In this document: in pieces, positions 37,897 through 48,255 of the stretch
How positions within the stretch are numbered: the stretch's first letter is position 1
Layout: each line of letters opens with the position of its first letter
Sequence record: SRR20825010_4462
DNA length: 54,163 nucleotides
Direction: 5' to 3' (one strand)
Program-made: the position numbers and the translations under genes
The notes under the pieces: model-generated
What the model saw: only the letters and a program-made list of their open reading frames with translations
Told to the model about the DNA's origin: nothing
Databases searched by the model: none

Positions 37897-38964
37897 ATGA
37901 ATAATAAAATTAAAAATATTACCGCCCTTTTATTGGTTCCTCAAATAATCTTGGTAAAATGGTTAGGGCAATACCCGGAATTTATAGAAACCTATTACAG
38001 TTTAGGAATATACCCCTATATTTCCGGATTTTGGCGCATCTTAATGGGCTGGATTCCTTTTTCTGTAGGGGATATACTGTACGCGCTTCTAATTATTTTG
38101 GGAGTCCGATATATCACAGTGAACAGAATAGCCATTAAAAATAACCTGTTGGGGTTTATACGGGATATTGCAATGGTCTTATCTGTGGCATATTTTACAT
38201 TTCATCTATTATGGGGATTAAATTATTATAGACAACCCCTTTCGCAATCCTTGGAATTGGGTGAAAAACACAACCAGGAAGACTTGGTGAATTTTGTGGA
38301 CCAACTAGTGCTTAAAACCAATGAAATTCAATTCAGCATAACCGCCGACACCAGTAAATTGGTTCAAGTTCCTTATAACAAGAAAGAAATTATGGACCTT
38401 ACCCTAGAGGGCTACCAATCCCTAAAAAACAAAAATCCCCTTTTTGCCTACCACCACCCAAGTTTAAAAAAATCCATTTTCAGCATCCCTTTGAGCTATA
38501 TGGGTTATGGCGGCTATTTAAATCCATTTACCAATGAAGCACAAGCCAATAGTGCATTGCCCAATTTTAGATTTCCTGTTATATGTGGCCATGAAATAGG
38601 TCATCAGTTGGGGTTTTCCGCAGAAAATGAAACCAATTTTATTGGTTATTTGGCAACCGTAAGCAATGAGGATATCTATTTTAAATACTCCGCATACGCC
38701 TACGCCCTTAGCTATTGCCTTAATGACCTTGCGAATCGGGACCAAGAGGAGTTTAAACGCCAGTACGACAAACTGAATCCAGGAGTAAGGAAGAATTATA
38801 AAGAAATTGCCGAATTTTGGGAAGCACATGAAAACCCCATGGAGCCCATTTTTAAATCTATATTCAATACTTTTCTAAAGGCCAACAATCAGAAGGAAGG
38901 AATAAAAAGCTACAATGCAGTGGTAACCTTATTGGTTAATTATTATCAACAAAATCCCTTATAA
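37897..38964 (+). CDS. DUF3810 family membrane-anchored putative zinc metalloprotease
   Basis: N-terminal TMs, PFS.GD, WG.NYYR, GY.NPFT.EA and HEIGH..G...E.E.NF motifs. Confidence 0.82.
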   Translation: MNNKIKNITALLLVPQIILVKWLGQYPEFIETYYSLGIYPYISGFWRILMGWIPFSVGDILYALLIILGVRYITVNRIAIKNNLLGFIRDIAMVLSVAYFTFHLLWGLNYYRQPLSQSLELGEKHNQEDLVNFVDQLVLKTNEIQFSITADTSKLVQVPYNKKEIMDLTLEGYQSLKNKNPLFAYHHPSLKKSIFSIPLSYMGYGGYLNPFTNEAQANSALPNFRFPVICGHEIGHQLGFSAENETNFIGYLATVSNEDIYFKYSAYAYALSYCLNDLANRDQEEFKRQYDKLNPGVRKNYKEIAEFWEAHENPMEPIFKSIFNTFLKANNQKEGIKSYNAVVTLLVNYYQQNPL

Positions 38965-39107
38965 CAGAAAAACATTATTTACCGATACTCATTGGTTTAT
39001 TGAACAAAACACAATAAGCAACAAACCAAACCCATTAAGGAACATCAAACACTATTATTACCGATCCTTTTAGCCCGTATTTCCAGGGATCGGCAACACC
39101 CTATTTT

Positions 39108-39911
39108 TTACTCTTGTACTTTACCTTCAACAAATATTCCGTTATCGGGCTTAGCAAAGAAACTTAACGGTTTGGCCTGCCCACTTATCTCTATCCCTTC
39201 AAAATCCACCGGTTTACTGGGCTCCTTAATCGTGCGCCCCTCGGAACTGTACCAAGTCAAGGCTTTGGGCACCGTAAGTCCATTTACCTCCGTCCAATCG
39301 TGATAACCTATCCAACTTATTTTATCGGATCGTTCACCACTTCTGTAACTCACCGTATATCCAAGCCAAGCCATTTTTAAAGTCTTGGGGTCATAGTGCA
39401 AAAAGTACTCATCCTTATAGGAGGTGCCTATTCCCGAATTGAAACTTACGGCAATTCCGGGATAACTGACACCTTCATATACCAAATCTTCCGTTTCAGC
39501 ATAAACAATACCTTTATCCCCCAACACAAAAGGCATGTTGAAAAAATAAGACCTGAGGTTGTGATAAAACACTGGATCACCTTTAAACGCATTTTCTTCG
39601 TTGACCAGCCATACCTTATCACCGTCGTATCCTAGGGAATAAGCTGGTCCGTCCACCCTATCCATTCTAGTTTTAAGATCCAAAGTATGGAGCTCCTCCC
39701 CTTGCTTAAATACCAAAGTCTTCTTGTTTTTCCAGTTCGCCAACCCCCCATGGGCTTCAAAAACATTTATTAATGCTTCTGGATATCGATCCTGGTCAAT
39801 CTTTGTTACTGTCTTAGGTTCGGCCAATTCCACTTCAACTTCCTTTGTTTTGTTTTCCATTTTACAAGATAGCGTACCAGCCAATAACAGTACTACAATT
39901 ACATATTTCAT
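39108..39911 (-). CDS. DUF6503-like lipoprotein
   Basis: Lipobox TLSC; AHGG...W, G.DG..VW, FYHNL..YF..MPFVL.D and G....D.Y motifs. Confidence 0.7.
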   Translation of the reverse strand: MKYVIVVLLLAGTLSCKMENKTKEVEVELAEPKTVTKIDQDRYPEALINVFEAHGGLANWKNKKTLVFKQGEELHTLDLKTRMDRVDGPAYSLGYDGDKVWLVNEENAFKGDPVFYHNLRSYFFNMPFVLGDKGIVYAETEDLVYEGVSYPGIAVSFNSGIGTSYKDEYFLHYDPKTLKMAWLGYTVSYRSGERSDKISWIGYHDWTEVNGLTVPKALTWYSSEGRTIKEPSKPVDFEGIEISGQAKPLSFFAKPDNGIFVEGKVQE

Positions 39912-39983
39912 CCTTATTATTTTAGTTGCCCCATTGGTCGCAAAACTATAATTAAGTTAACATAATATATTATTTTTGCACCA

Positions 39984-40793
39984 ATGGGCTATATAAAAGA
40001 GATCAGCAGTATTCACAACCCCTTGGTAAGGAATACAATAGCATTAAAGGAGAAATCCCGTGAACGAAAAAAAAATGGGCTTTTTGTTATTGAAGGCATC
40101 AAGGAGCTACAGCTCGCCATTAAGGGACAGTATACCTTAAAGACCATTCTTTTCTATCCGGAGCTGGTTACCGAGGATACTATTTGGGAATTAATACGGG
40201 GTATTTCCCCAGTTCCCGAAGTAATTGCCATATCCAAGGATATATTTCAGAAATTGGCACATAGGGATACTACAGAGGGAATATTGGCCATAGCAGTAGC
40301 ACGGGAGCATTCTCTGGAGTCTTTAAAATTTAAGAACGACAGTCCACTTATTTTGGTGGCGGAAGCCCCTGAAAAACCAGGCAATATTGGCGCTCTTCTT
40401 CGAACCGCGGATGCTGCCGGCCTGGATGCCGTAATTATTGCCAATCCCAAAGGCGACCTTTACAACCCAAATATAATCCGTTCCAGTGTAGGATGTGTGT
40501 TCACTACCAAGATAGCCTTGGGATCCACACCTGAAATTATCCAATTCTTAGTTAATCGTAATATCGCCATCAACTGTGCAGCATTAAGTGCCTCCAAGCC
40601 ATATACAGAAGTGGATTTTACCAAAGGCACGGCAATTGTAGTTGGAACGGAAGCTACCGGCCTATCCGACCAATGGCTCAACAAGTCGACCCAAAATATT
40701 ATAATTCCGATGCATGGAGAAATAGACTCCATGAACGTCTCCGTATCAGCAGCAATACTTATCTTTGAGGCTAGGAGGCAAAGGGGAATTTAA
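39984..40793 (+). CDS. TrmH/SpoU family RNA 2'-O-methyltransferase
   Basis: EKPGN.GA.LRTA.A.G, G.E..GL and IP..G..DSMNVS motifs. Confidence 0.93.
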   Translation: MGYIKEISSIHNPLVRNTIALKEKSRERKKNGLFVIEGIKELQLAIKGQYTLKTILFYPELVTEDTIWELIRGISPVPEVIAISKDIFQKLAHRDTTEGILAIAVAREHSLESLKFKNDSPLILVAEAPEKPGNIGALLRTADAAGLDAVIIANPKGDLYNPNIIRSSVGCVFTTKIALGSTPEIIQFLVNRNIAINCAALSASKPYTEVDFTKGTAIVVGTEATGLSDQWLNKSTQNIIIPMHGEIDSMNVSVSAAILIFEARRQRGI

Positions 40794-40856
40794 AGAAAGA
40801 ACCGGCGTCCACAAAACTTCAGCATAATATAATATTGAAATCCATTAGTTATTTAA

Positions 40857-42089
40857 ATGAACAGTAACATCCTATTTTATATCATAATTGCCATTTTATT
40901 GATTCAATTTATAATTGAAACCGTGCTGGAATATTTAAATGCCAAGCGCTATACCGATGTTGTTCCCAATGAACTAAGCGACGTTTTCGATAAGGAGGAA
41001 TACAGAAAATCACAAGAATATAAAAAAACCAACTATCGTTTTGGGATGGCAAGTTCTGTCTTCTCAATATGCCTTACCTTAATGTTTTTGATTTTTGGGG
41101 GATTTGAATGGATAGATACCATTGCCAGAAGTTTCAGCGATAACCCAATTTTGATTGCCCTTATTTTTTTCGGAATAATAATGATCGGCAATGATATTGT
41201 TACAACCCCTTTTTCCTATTACCACACCTTTGTAATAGAGGAAAAATTCGGCTTTAACAAGAGCACCAAAAAATTATTCTGGGCAGATAAAATTAAAGGT
41301 TGGATCATGATGATGGTAATTGGAGGTGGAATTCTGGCATTGATCATCTGGTTTTTTCAATGGGCGGGCACCAACTTTTGGGTTTATGCCTGGGTCCTTA
41401 TAGCTGTTTTTTCGCTTTTCATGAACCTGTTCTACAGCAAATTGATAGTACCACTTTTTAACAAGCAAACTCCCTTGGCAGAAGGTAGTTTAAAAAGTAA
41501 AATCGAAACTTACGCCAAAAACGTGGGATTTGAATTAAAAAATATATTTGTAATAGATGGATCAAAAAGATCTACCAAGGCCAATGCTTATTTTTCTGGA
41601 TTTGGCAAAGAAAAGAGAATAACCCTTTACGATACCTTGATCAACGACCTTGAAGAAGACGAAATTGTAGCGGTGCTGGCCCATGAAGTGGGACATTACA
41701 AAAGAAAACACATCATCTTCAATTTATCGGCCTCTATTTTACTTACTGGTTTCACCCTATTTATCCTATCCATTTTTATAAATAATCCGGAGGTATCTTT
41801 GGCTATCGGTGTTTCGCAACCCAGTTTTCATGCAGCACTTATCGGTTTTGGAATACTATATAGTCCTATATCCGAAATAACCGGATTGGTCATGAACGCC
41901 ATGTCCAGAAAATTCGAATATCAGGCAGATGATTTTGCAAAAGAGACTTTTGCTCCCAAACCTCTAATTACGTCCTTGAAAAAATTATCCAAGAATAGCC
42001 TAAGCAATCTAACTCCTCATCCTGCTTATGTTTTTATGCACTATTCACACCCAACCCTAATGTCCAGAATTCAGAACTTAAAGGCATAA
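40857..42089 (+). CDS. M48 family (Ste24-like) membrane metallopeptidase
   Basis: EE.FGFNK.T, DGS.RS.KANAYF.G, HEVGH, E..AD.FA and YSHP...RI motifs. Confidence 0.93.
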   Translation: MNSNILFYIIIAILLIQFIIETVLEYLNAKRYTDVVPNELSDVFDKEEYRKSQEYKKTNYRFGMASSVFSICLTLMFLIFGGFEWIDTIARSFSDNPILIALIFFGIIMIGNDIVTTPFSYYHTFVIEEKFGFNKSTKKLFWADKIKGWIMMMVIGGGILALIIWFFQWAGTNFWVYAWVLIAVFSLFMNLFYSKLIVPLFNKQTPLAEGSLKSKIETYAKNVGFELKNIFVIDGSKRSTKANAYFSGFGKEKRITLYDTLINDLEEDEIVAVLAHEVGHYKRKHIIFNLSASILLTGFTLFILSIFINNPEVSLAIGVSQPSFHAALIGFGILYSPISEITGLVMNAMSRKFEYQADDFAKETFAPKPLITSLKKLSKNSLSNLTPHPAYVFMHYSHPTLMSRIQNLKA

Positions 42090-42130
42090 TTTTTGTTGTC
42101 TACTATTATAGTTTGTGCTATTTTTAATTT

Positions 42131-44338
42131 ATGATGACCGAAGCTGCAATAGAGAAAGAAAACAAGGAAATAGCGAAGCAATACAAGGAATTGCTCCGCA
42201 TAAGCTATCAAAGTCTTACCGATGAGGATAAGAAATTGATACGCTCTGCCTTTGATATTGCCGTAGATGCCCACAAAAACCAGAGAAGAAAATCGGGAGA
42301 AGCATACGTTTTCCACCCCATAGCGGTAGCCAAAATTGTGGCCTCGGAAATGGGTCTGGACGCAGTTTCCATTGCATCCGCACTACTCCATGATGTTGTT
42401 GAGGACACCGAATATACACTGGCGGACATAGAACGCTTGTTTGGCGAGACCGTGGCTAGGATAGTAGACGGACTCACTAAGATTGCCCACCTGAAAAAGG
42501 ATATGAACATTTCCCAACAGGCGGAGAATTTTAGAAAAATGCTACTTACGCTGAATGATGATGTACGGGTAATTATTATAAAGATAGCGGACCGATATCA
42601 CAATATGCTCACCATGGATTCCATGCCAGAGCATAAACAAGTAAAGATAGCCTCGGAAACCTTGTACATATACGCACCTTTAGCGCATAGGATAGGCCTT
42701 TACAATATTAAAACGGAGCTGGAAGACCTTAGTCTTAAATACACAGAGCCAGAGGTATACGAGGATATTTTAGGTAAGATCGAAGAGTCCAAAGAAGAAC
42801 AGCAGGCCTATATCGATGCTTTTTCCGGGGTGATCAGCGACTCATTGGATAAAGAAAACCTTAATTACTACATTAAGGGCCGAATGAAATCCATATTTTC
42901 CATTCGCCGAAAAATGAAGGTTCAAAATGTATCCTTCGATGAGATTTATGACAAATTTGCGATTCGGATCATATACAAATCGGACCGGCATAACGAAAAG
43001 TTTTTGGCTTGGAAGATTTATTCTATTGTCACCGATCACTTCACCCCTAACCCTGTCCGTTTGCGGGATTGGATTTCCTCTCCCAAATCTACGGGTTATG
43101 AGGCCTTGCATATCACTGTAATGGGCCCTAAGGGCAAATGGGTAGAAGTTCAGATCCGCAGTGAAAGAATGCATGAAATTGCCGAAAAAGGTTATGCCGC
43201 ACATTTTAAATACAAGCACGGCAACCAAAAAGAACAGGGAATTGAGGAATGGCTTAACAAACTACAGGAAGCCTTGGAAAATGCAAATACCAATGCGGTC
43301 GATTTTGTAGAGGAATTTAAGCTTAACCTCTATTCCAAAGAGATTTTTGTATTTACGCCCAAGGGAGAATTAAAATCCCTTCCTAAAGGGGCAACCCCAT
43401 TGGATTTTGCCTTTAACATACATACCGAAGTGGGCATGCATACCCGTGGAGCCAAGGTGAACGGTAAACTGGTACCCCTGAATACCACATTGCAGAGCGG
43501 TGACCAAGTGGATATTCTCACTTCGGAAACGGCCAAGCCCAGTCAGAGCTGGTTGGATTACGCTACCACGGCAAGGGCCAGGTCTAAAATAAAATCATCA
43601 TTAAGGGAAGAAAAAAAGTCTACAGCTATGGAGGGCAAGGAAGTCCTTAGGCGTAAATTAAAATCCCAAAAAATTAACCTTAACGAGGATACCATAAATA
43701 AATTGGTTGTCTTTTTTAAACTTAAGACCAGTCTGGACTTGTTCTATAGAGTGGGTATAGGCGCTATCGACAATCAGATGCTCAAAGATTTTGCGGCCTC
43801 CTATAGCAATGCATTTATAACTTTCTTTAAAAATAAGATAAAAAGAACCCCCGTTCCTGAAGATATTCACAGGGAAGAAATTACCACAAAATATGACACC
43901 CTTGTTTTTGGTAAGGAAGAGGACAAGTTGGAGTATAAATTATCCCAGTGCTGCAATCCTATTCCTGGTGACGAGGTATTCGGGTTTGTTAGCGTGAACG
44001 ATGGAATTAAGGTGCATAAGAAGAACTGCCCCAACGCCATTTCGCTGCAGTCCAACTATGCCTACAGAATCATATCCGCCAAATGGATCGATTCTTCCCA
44101 AGAAGAATTTACTGTGGAAATAATGCTTACCGGGATAGATAATATAGGGTTGATCAGTGAAATTACCGAGGTAATCTCTGGCAATTTACATGTGAATATG
44201 AGAAATATCAATTTCAGCACGGATGGTGGAACATTCTCGGGAAGAATCACCCTTGTTGTAAAAAACAATGCTATCCTTAAAAAAGTTATAGATAATCTAA
44301 AGCGCATTAACGGCATCGATAAAGTATCCAGAATTTAA
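42131..44338 (+). CDS. rel: bifunctional (p)ppGpp synthetase/hydrolase (long RSH)
   Basis: HD domain (LLHDVVEDT), synthetase (GY.ALH, EVQIR), TGS (DFAF.IHT), CC motif and ACT domain. Confidence 0.95.
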   Translation: MMTEAAIEKENKEIAKQYKELLRISYQSLTDEDKKLIRSAFDIAVDAHKNQRRKSGEAYVFHPIAVAKIVASEMGLDAVSIASALLHDVVEDTEYTLADIERLFGETVARIVDGLTKIAHLKKDMNISQQAENFRKMLLTLNDDVRVIIIKIADRYHNMLTMDSMPEHKQVKIASETLYIYAPLAHRIGLYNIKTELEDLSLKYTEPEVYEDILGKIEESKEEQQAYIDAFSGVISDSLDKENLNYYIKGRMKSIFSIRRKMKVQNVSFDEIYDKFAIRIIYKSDRHNEKFLAWKIYSIVTDHFTPNPVRLRDWISSPKSTGYEALHITVMGPKGKWVEVQIRSERMHEIAEKGYAAHFKYKHGNQKEQGIEEWLNKLQEALENANTNAVDFVEEFKLNLYSKEIFVFTPKGELKSLPKGATPLDFAFNIHTEVGMHTRGAKVNGKLVPLNTTLQSGDQVDILTSETAKPSQSWLDYATTARARSKIKSSLREEKKSTAMEGKEVLRRKLKSQKINLNEDTINKLVVFFKLKTSLDLFYRVGIGAIDNQMLKDFAASYSNAFITFFKNKIKRTPVPEDIHREEITTKYDTLVFGKEEDKLEYKLSQCCNPIPGDEVFGFVSVNDGIKVHKKNCPNAISLQSNYAYRIISAKWIDSSQEEFTVEIMLTGIDNIGLISEITEVISGNLHVNMRNINFSTDGGTFSGRITLVVKNNAILKKVIDNLKRINGIDKVSRI

Positions 44339-44379
44339 ATTTTAACTGTACATTTGTACCCTAACGCTGGGTAAATGCT

Positions 44380-44835
44380 ATGGGCGAAAATAAGAATCAA
44401 GAAATAGTTAAAAATGTCTTCACCACTTTTCTGGAGGAAAATGGTCACAGAAAAACACCTGAGCGCTACGCAATTTTACAGGAAATCTACGATAGCGAAG
44501 AACATTTTGATATAGAATCGCTCTATATCACTATGAAAAACAAAAATTATCGAGTAAGCAGGGCTACACTGTATAATACCATTGAGCTTCTCTTGGAATG
44601 CAAATTGGTAAGAAAACATCAATTTGGAAAAAATCAGGCCCAATACGAAAAATCCTATTTTGACAGGCAGCACGACCATGTTATCCTTACCGATACAGGT
44701 GAGGTTATGGAATTTTGCGATCCGCGTATTCAAAGTATAAAAAAGACCATTGAGGAAGTTTTCAATATTAAGATCAACACTCACTCGCTCTATTTTTACG
44801 GAACACGAAATAAAGAAGAGAACACGAATAATTAA
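44380..44835 (+). CDS. fur: Fur family transcriptional regulator
   Basis: R.T.ER, HF..E.L, VSRATLY and HDH...EF motifs; own TACATTTG at 44350-44357. Confidence 0.9.
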   Translation: MGENKNQEIVKNVFTTFLEENGHRKTPERYAILQEIYDSEEHFDIESLYITMKNKNYRVSRATLYNTIELLLECKLVRKHQFGKNQAQYEKSYFDRQHDHVILTDTGEVMEFCDPRIQSIKKTIEEVFNIKINTHSLYFYGTRNKEENTNN

Positions 44836-44851
44836 TCCAATTACATAAATA

Positions 44852-46123
44852 ATGGCAGTAGATTTACTACTAGGACTCCAATGGGGAGATGAAGGAAAAG
44901 GGAAAATAGTTGATGTTTTAACAAAAAACTATGACATAATTGCACGTTTCCAAGGTGGACCCAATGCAGGTCACACATTAGAATTTGATGGTATAAAACA
45001 TGTTTTACATACCATTCCTTCAGGAATTTTCCACAAAACTGCGGTTAACATAGTTGGCAACGGAGTGGTTATAGACCCGGTTATCTTTAAAAAAGAGCTG
45101 GATAATCTTAAAAAGTTCAATCTAGATATTAAATCAAAATTATTTATCTCTAGAAAGGCCCACTTAATTTTGCCCACCCACCGTTTACTGGATGCCGCTT
45201 CCGAAACCTCAAAAGGTAAGGCCAAAATAGGATCTACTTTAAAAGGTATTGGCCCAACCTATATGGACAAAACCGGAAGGAACGGAATGAGGGTAGGCGA
45301 TTTGGAATTCTCGGACTGGAAAGAAAAGTACAGGATATTGGCCAACAAGCATGAGGCCATGATCAGCTTTTACAATGTAGAGATACAATATGACCTTAAG
45401 GAATTGGAGGCCGACTTCTTTATGGCCGTAGAAGAGTTAAAAAAATTGACCTTCATAGATAGTGAGGAATATATTTTCAACGCACAGAGGGAAGGTAAAA
45501 AAATATTGGCGGAAGGTGCGCAGGGATCCTTATTGGATATCGATTTTGGGACTTATCCTTTTGTAACCTCATCCAATACCACTGCAGCTGGAGCCTGTAC
45601 CGGATTGGGTGTGGCACCCAATAAAATAGGTAACGTTTTGGGTATTTTTAAAGCGTATACCACCCGTGTGGGCAGTGGACCTTTCCCTACAGAACTTTTC
45701 GATGAGGACGGCGCAACCATGGGCAGGGTCGGTAACGAATTTGGGGCAACCACAGGGAGACCAAGACGATGCGGATGGTTGGACCTGGTAGCACTTAAAT
45801 ACGCGGTGGAAATTAATGGGGTTACAGAATTGATGATGATGAAGGCAGACGTGCTTAGTGGGTTTAAAACCCTAAAAGTGTGTACTGCATACAATTATAA
45901 AGGAAACCAAATAAAACATTTGCCCTATAGCATAGAACCGGAATATGTGACCCCGGTCTATACTGAAATGAAGGGATGGGCAAAGGATTTGACCAAAATG
46001 AGCAAGTCAGACGAACTTCCAGACACCTTGATAGATTACATTAAGTTTCTGGAAAAGGAATTGGAAGTACCTATTAAGATTGTCTCGGTAGGACCGGATA
46101 GGACCCAGACCATATATCGATAA
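44852..46123 (+). CDS. purA: adenylosuccinate synthetase
   Basis: QWGDEGKGK, GG.NAGHT, EGAQG..LD.D.GTYP.VTSS and GATTGR.RRCGW motifs. Confidence 0.98.
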   Translation: MAVDLLLGLQWGDEGKGKIVDVLTKNYDIIARFQGGPNAGHTLEFDGIKHVLHTIPSGIFHKTAVNIVGNGVVIDPVIFKKELDNLKKFNLDIKSKLFISRKAHLILPTHRLLDAASETSKGKAKIGSTLKGIGPTYMDKTGRNGMRVGDLEFSDWKEKYRILANKHEAMISFYNVEIQYDLKELEADFFMAVEELKKLTFIDSEEYIFNAQREGKKILAEGAQGSLLDIDFGTYPFVTSSNTTAAGACTGLGVAPNKIGNVLGIFKAYTTRVGSGPFPTELFDEDGATMGRVGNEFGATTGRPRRCGWLDLVALKYAVEINGVTELMMMKADVLSGFKTLKVCTAYNYKGNQIKHLPYSIEPEYVTPVYTEMKGWAKDLTKMSKSDELPDTLIDYIKFLEKELEVPIKIVSVGPDRTQTIYR

Positions 46124-46125
46124 AC

Positions 46126-46152
46126 AAAAGCCATCTTAAAAGATGGCTTTTT
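46126..46152 (+). terminator. intrinsic terminator after purA
   Basis: AAAAGCCATCT-TAAA-AGATGGCTTTTT. Confidence 0.85.
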
Positions 46153-46234
46153 GGTTAATTGGGATTTACTAAAACTATCCCAAACTATATTATCCTCCCT
46201 CAAAATATACTATTTTTGACCAAAATTTTAAACA

Positions 46235-48250
46235 TTGATTAAGTCCGTATTTCTATTATTAATCGTATTCATTTGTTGGAGTGGTTGGGCACAGGAGCCC
46301 CAGGCAGAGGTTAAACAAATAAACATTGTTTATGGAGCCAACTTTACCAAAGATGAAAAACAATATCCTGGGGCAGCCATCTTTAGCAAGGATGACCGGC
46401 AGGTGCAATTTGAGCACGAAGGAGCGGATTTGTGGTGCGATATTGCCATATATTACCAAAAGGAAAATAGACTCAAGGCCATTGGAAACATCAAACTGAA
46501 ACAGGGAGATTCCGTACAGTTGACCAGTGGCAAAATAGATTATGACGGTAATTTAAACCTTGCCAAGGCATGGGAAAATGTGGTATTAAACCATACCAGC
46601 ATGACACTTACCACAGACACCTTACGGTTCGACAGGGAAAAACAAGAGGCTTTCTATGAACATAACGGAACCGTAGTTGATTCCTCCAACACTCTTACCA
46701 GTAAAATTGGACGCTACTTTACACAACTTAAAAAATCCCAGTTCTTACAAAGTGTGAACCTTGTGAACCCTGAATTCAATTTGGTTTCCAAACAATTGGA
46801 TTATTATACGGAGTCCAAAAATGCTTATTTGTACGGTCCATCCACCATAACCGGGGAAACCTATAAAATGTATTGCGAACGTGGATTCTATGACACTAAA
46901 ATTGAAAACGGATACGGAATTAAAAATACCCGAATAGACTATAATAATCGAATAATAACGGGGGACAGTTTGTATTTTGACAAGAAGACAGAATTTGCAT
47001 CGGCAACAAATAATATTACCATTAGGGATACCATAAACAATGGATTGATCAGGGCGCACTATGCTGAAGTGTACAAGGCCAAGGATTCCGTTTTTGCCAC
47101 TAAAAGGGCCGTTTCAATTAATCTGGTGGAACAGGATTCCCTCTATATGCACGGCGACACCCTAATGATTACGGGCAAACCAGAACAACGCATACTTAGG
47201 GCATTTAGAAATGCAAAATTCTACAAGACCGATCTAAGTGGTAAGTGCGATTCCATTCATTTTAACCAAAAAACGGGTATTACCGAATTAATTACCAATC
47301 CTATTATTTGGAATGGAGAAAATCAGATGACTGGAGACAGTATCCACTTACTATCCGACTTGGAAACCGAAAAATTGGACTCTTTAAAAGTTATCAATAA
47401 TGCCTTTATAATTTCCTTGGATACGGTAGGCAAAGTAGGTTATAATCAGGCCAAAGGGAAGGATTTGTTCGGAAAATTCATAGACAACAAATTAAGTCTT
47501 ATCGACCTTGTAAAAAATACCGAGGTCATCTATTATATGTACAATGATGACCAAGAACTAATTGGAATAGACAAGACCATATGCAGTGCCATTAGAATGA
47601 CCCTTGCCAACAACGAGATAGAGGATATTACCTTTATCACCAATCCTGATGGCGATATTTTTCCCGAAAAGGAACTTCCTGAAAACAGTAGGTTGCTAAA
47701 AGGTTTTATTTGGCGTGGGAAGGAAAGAATTATGACCAAGGACGACATTTTTGATGAGGACGACAACAACATTAAACTGGTCACCATTCGAGGGGTGGAA
47801 AACCCTATAGATTTGGACGTGGAGCCAGAGGAGGCCATGGAGGACCAAAGGAAGCGCGATTCTATAAATTCTTCCAAGTTATTACCTCCCAATCCCTTGA
47901 AAAAAATAGAACCAACCAAAAAAGATCAACAGAAAAAGGATCCCAAACCCAAGGTATCAGAAACAAAATCGGAGGTGCGCTACGAGGAGGGAGCTAAAGA
48001 GAACGGTTTGGAACCTGGTTACTATTTAATAGCGAACGTTTTTGAAGTGAAGGAAAATTATGAGAAATTCATGAAAAGCCTTATGAAAAAAGGATTGGAG
48101 CCCCAACACTTTTTACGAAATTTCAATCAATACCACTATGTATATTTAGAGCGCTTTGACACCTGGGAGGAAGCGCTCGAATCCCGAAATAGTAATTTCA
48201 ATGGGAATTACATGGATGAAACCTGGATTTTAAGAATCCTTGACAAATAG
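46235..48250 (+). CDS. OstA-like (LptA/LptD-type beta-jellyroll) exported protein with C-terminal SPOR-like domain
   Basis: Signal peptide; repeated xDTL/DSL/CDS beta units; L.GF.W motif; charged linker; GYYLIANVF...Y.YVYL..F....EA tail. Confidence 0.75.
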   Translation: MIKSVFLLLIVFICWSGWAQEPQAEVKQINIVYGANFTKDEKQYPGAAIFSKDDRQVQFEHEGADLWCDIAIYYQKENRLKAIGNIKLKQGDSVQLTSGKIDYDGNLNLAKAWENVVLNHTSMTLTTDTLRFDREKQEAFYEHNGTVVDSSNTLTSKIGRYFTQLKKSQFLQSVNLVNPEFNLVSKQLDYYTESKNAYLYGPSTITGETYKMYCERGFYDTKIENGYGIKNTRIDYNNRIITGDSLYFDKKTEFASATNNITIRDTINNGLIRAHYAEVYKAKDSVFATKRAVSINLVEQDSLYMHGDTLMITGKPEQRILRAFRNAKFYKTDLSGKCDSIHFNQKTGITELITNPIIWNGENQMTGDSIHLLSDLETEKLDSLKVINNAFIISLDTVGKVGYNQAKGKDLFGKFIDNKLSLIDLVKNTEVIYYMYNDDQELIGIDKTICSAIRMTLANNEIEDITFITNPDGDIFPEKELPENSRLLKGFIWRGKERIMTKDDIFDEDDNNIKLVTIRGVENPIDLDVEPEEAMEDQRKRDSINSSKLLPPNPLKKIEPTKKDQQKKDPKPKVSETKSEVRYEEGAKENGLEPGYYLIANVFEVKENYEKFMKSLMKKGLEPQHFLRNFNQYHYVYLERFDTWEEALESRNSNFNGNYMDETWILRILDK

Positions 48251-48255
48251 GACAA

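Noticed and set aside
44358-44374. TACCC-N7-GGGTA as another copy of the nitrogen box
   Set aside because: Spacer of 7 rather than 11, no A-tract, and it lies downstream of the promoter element.
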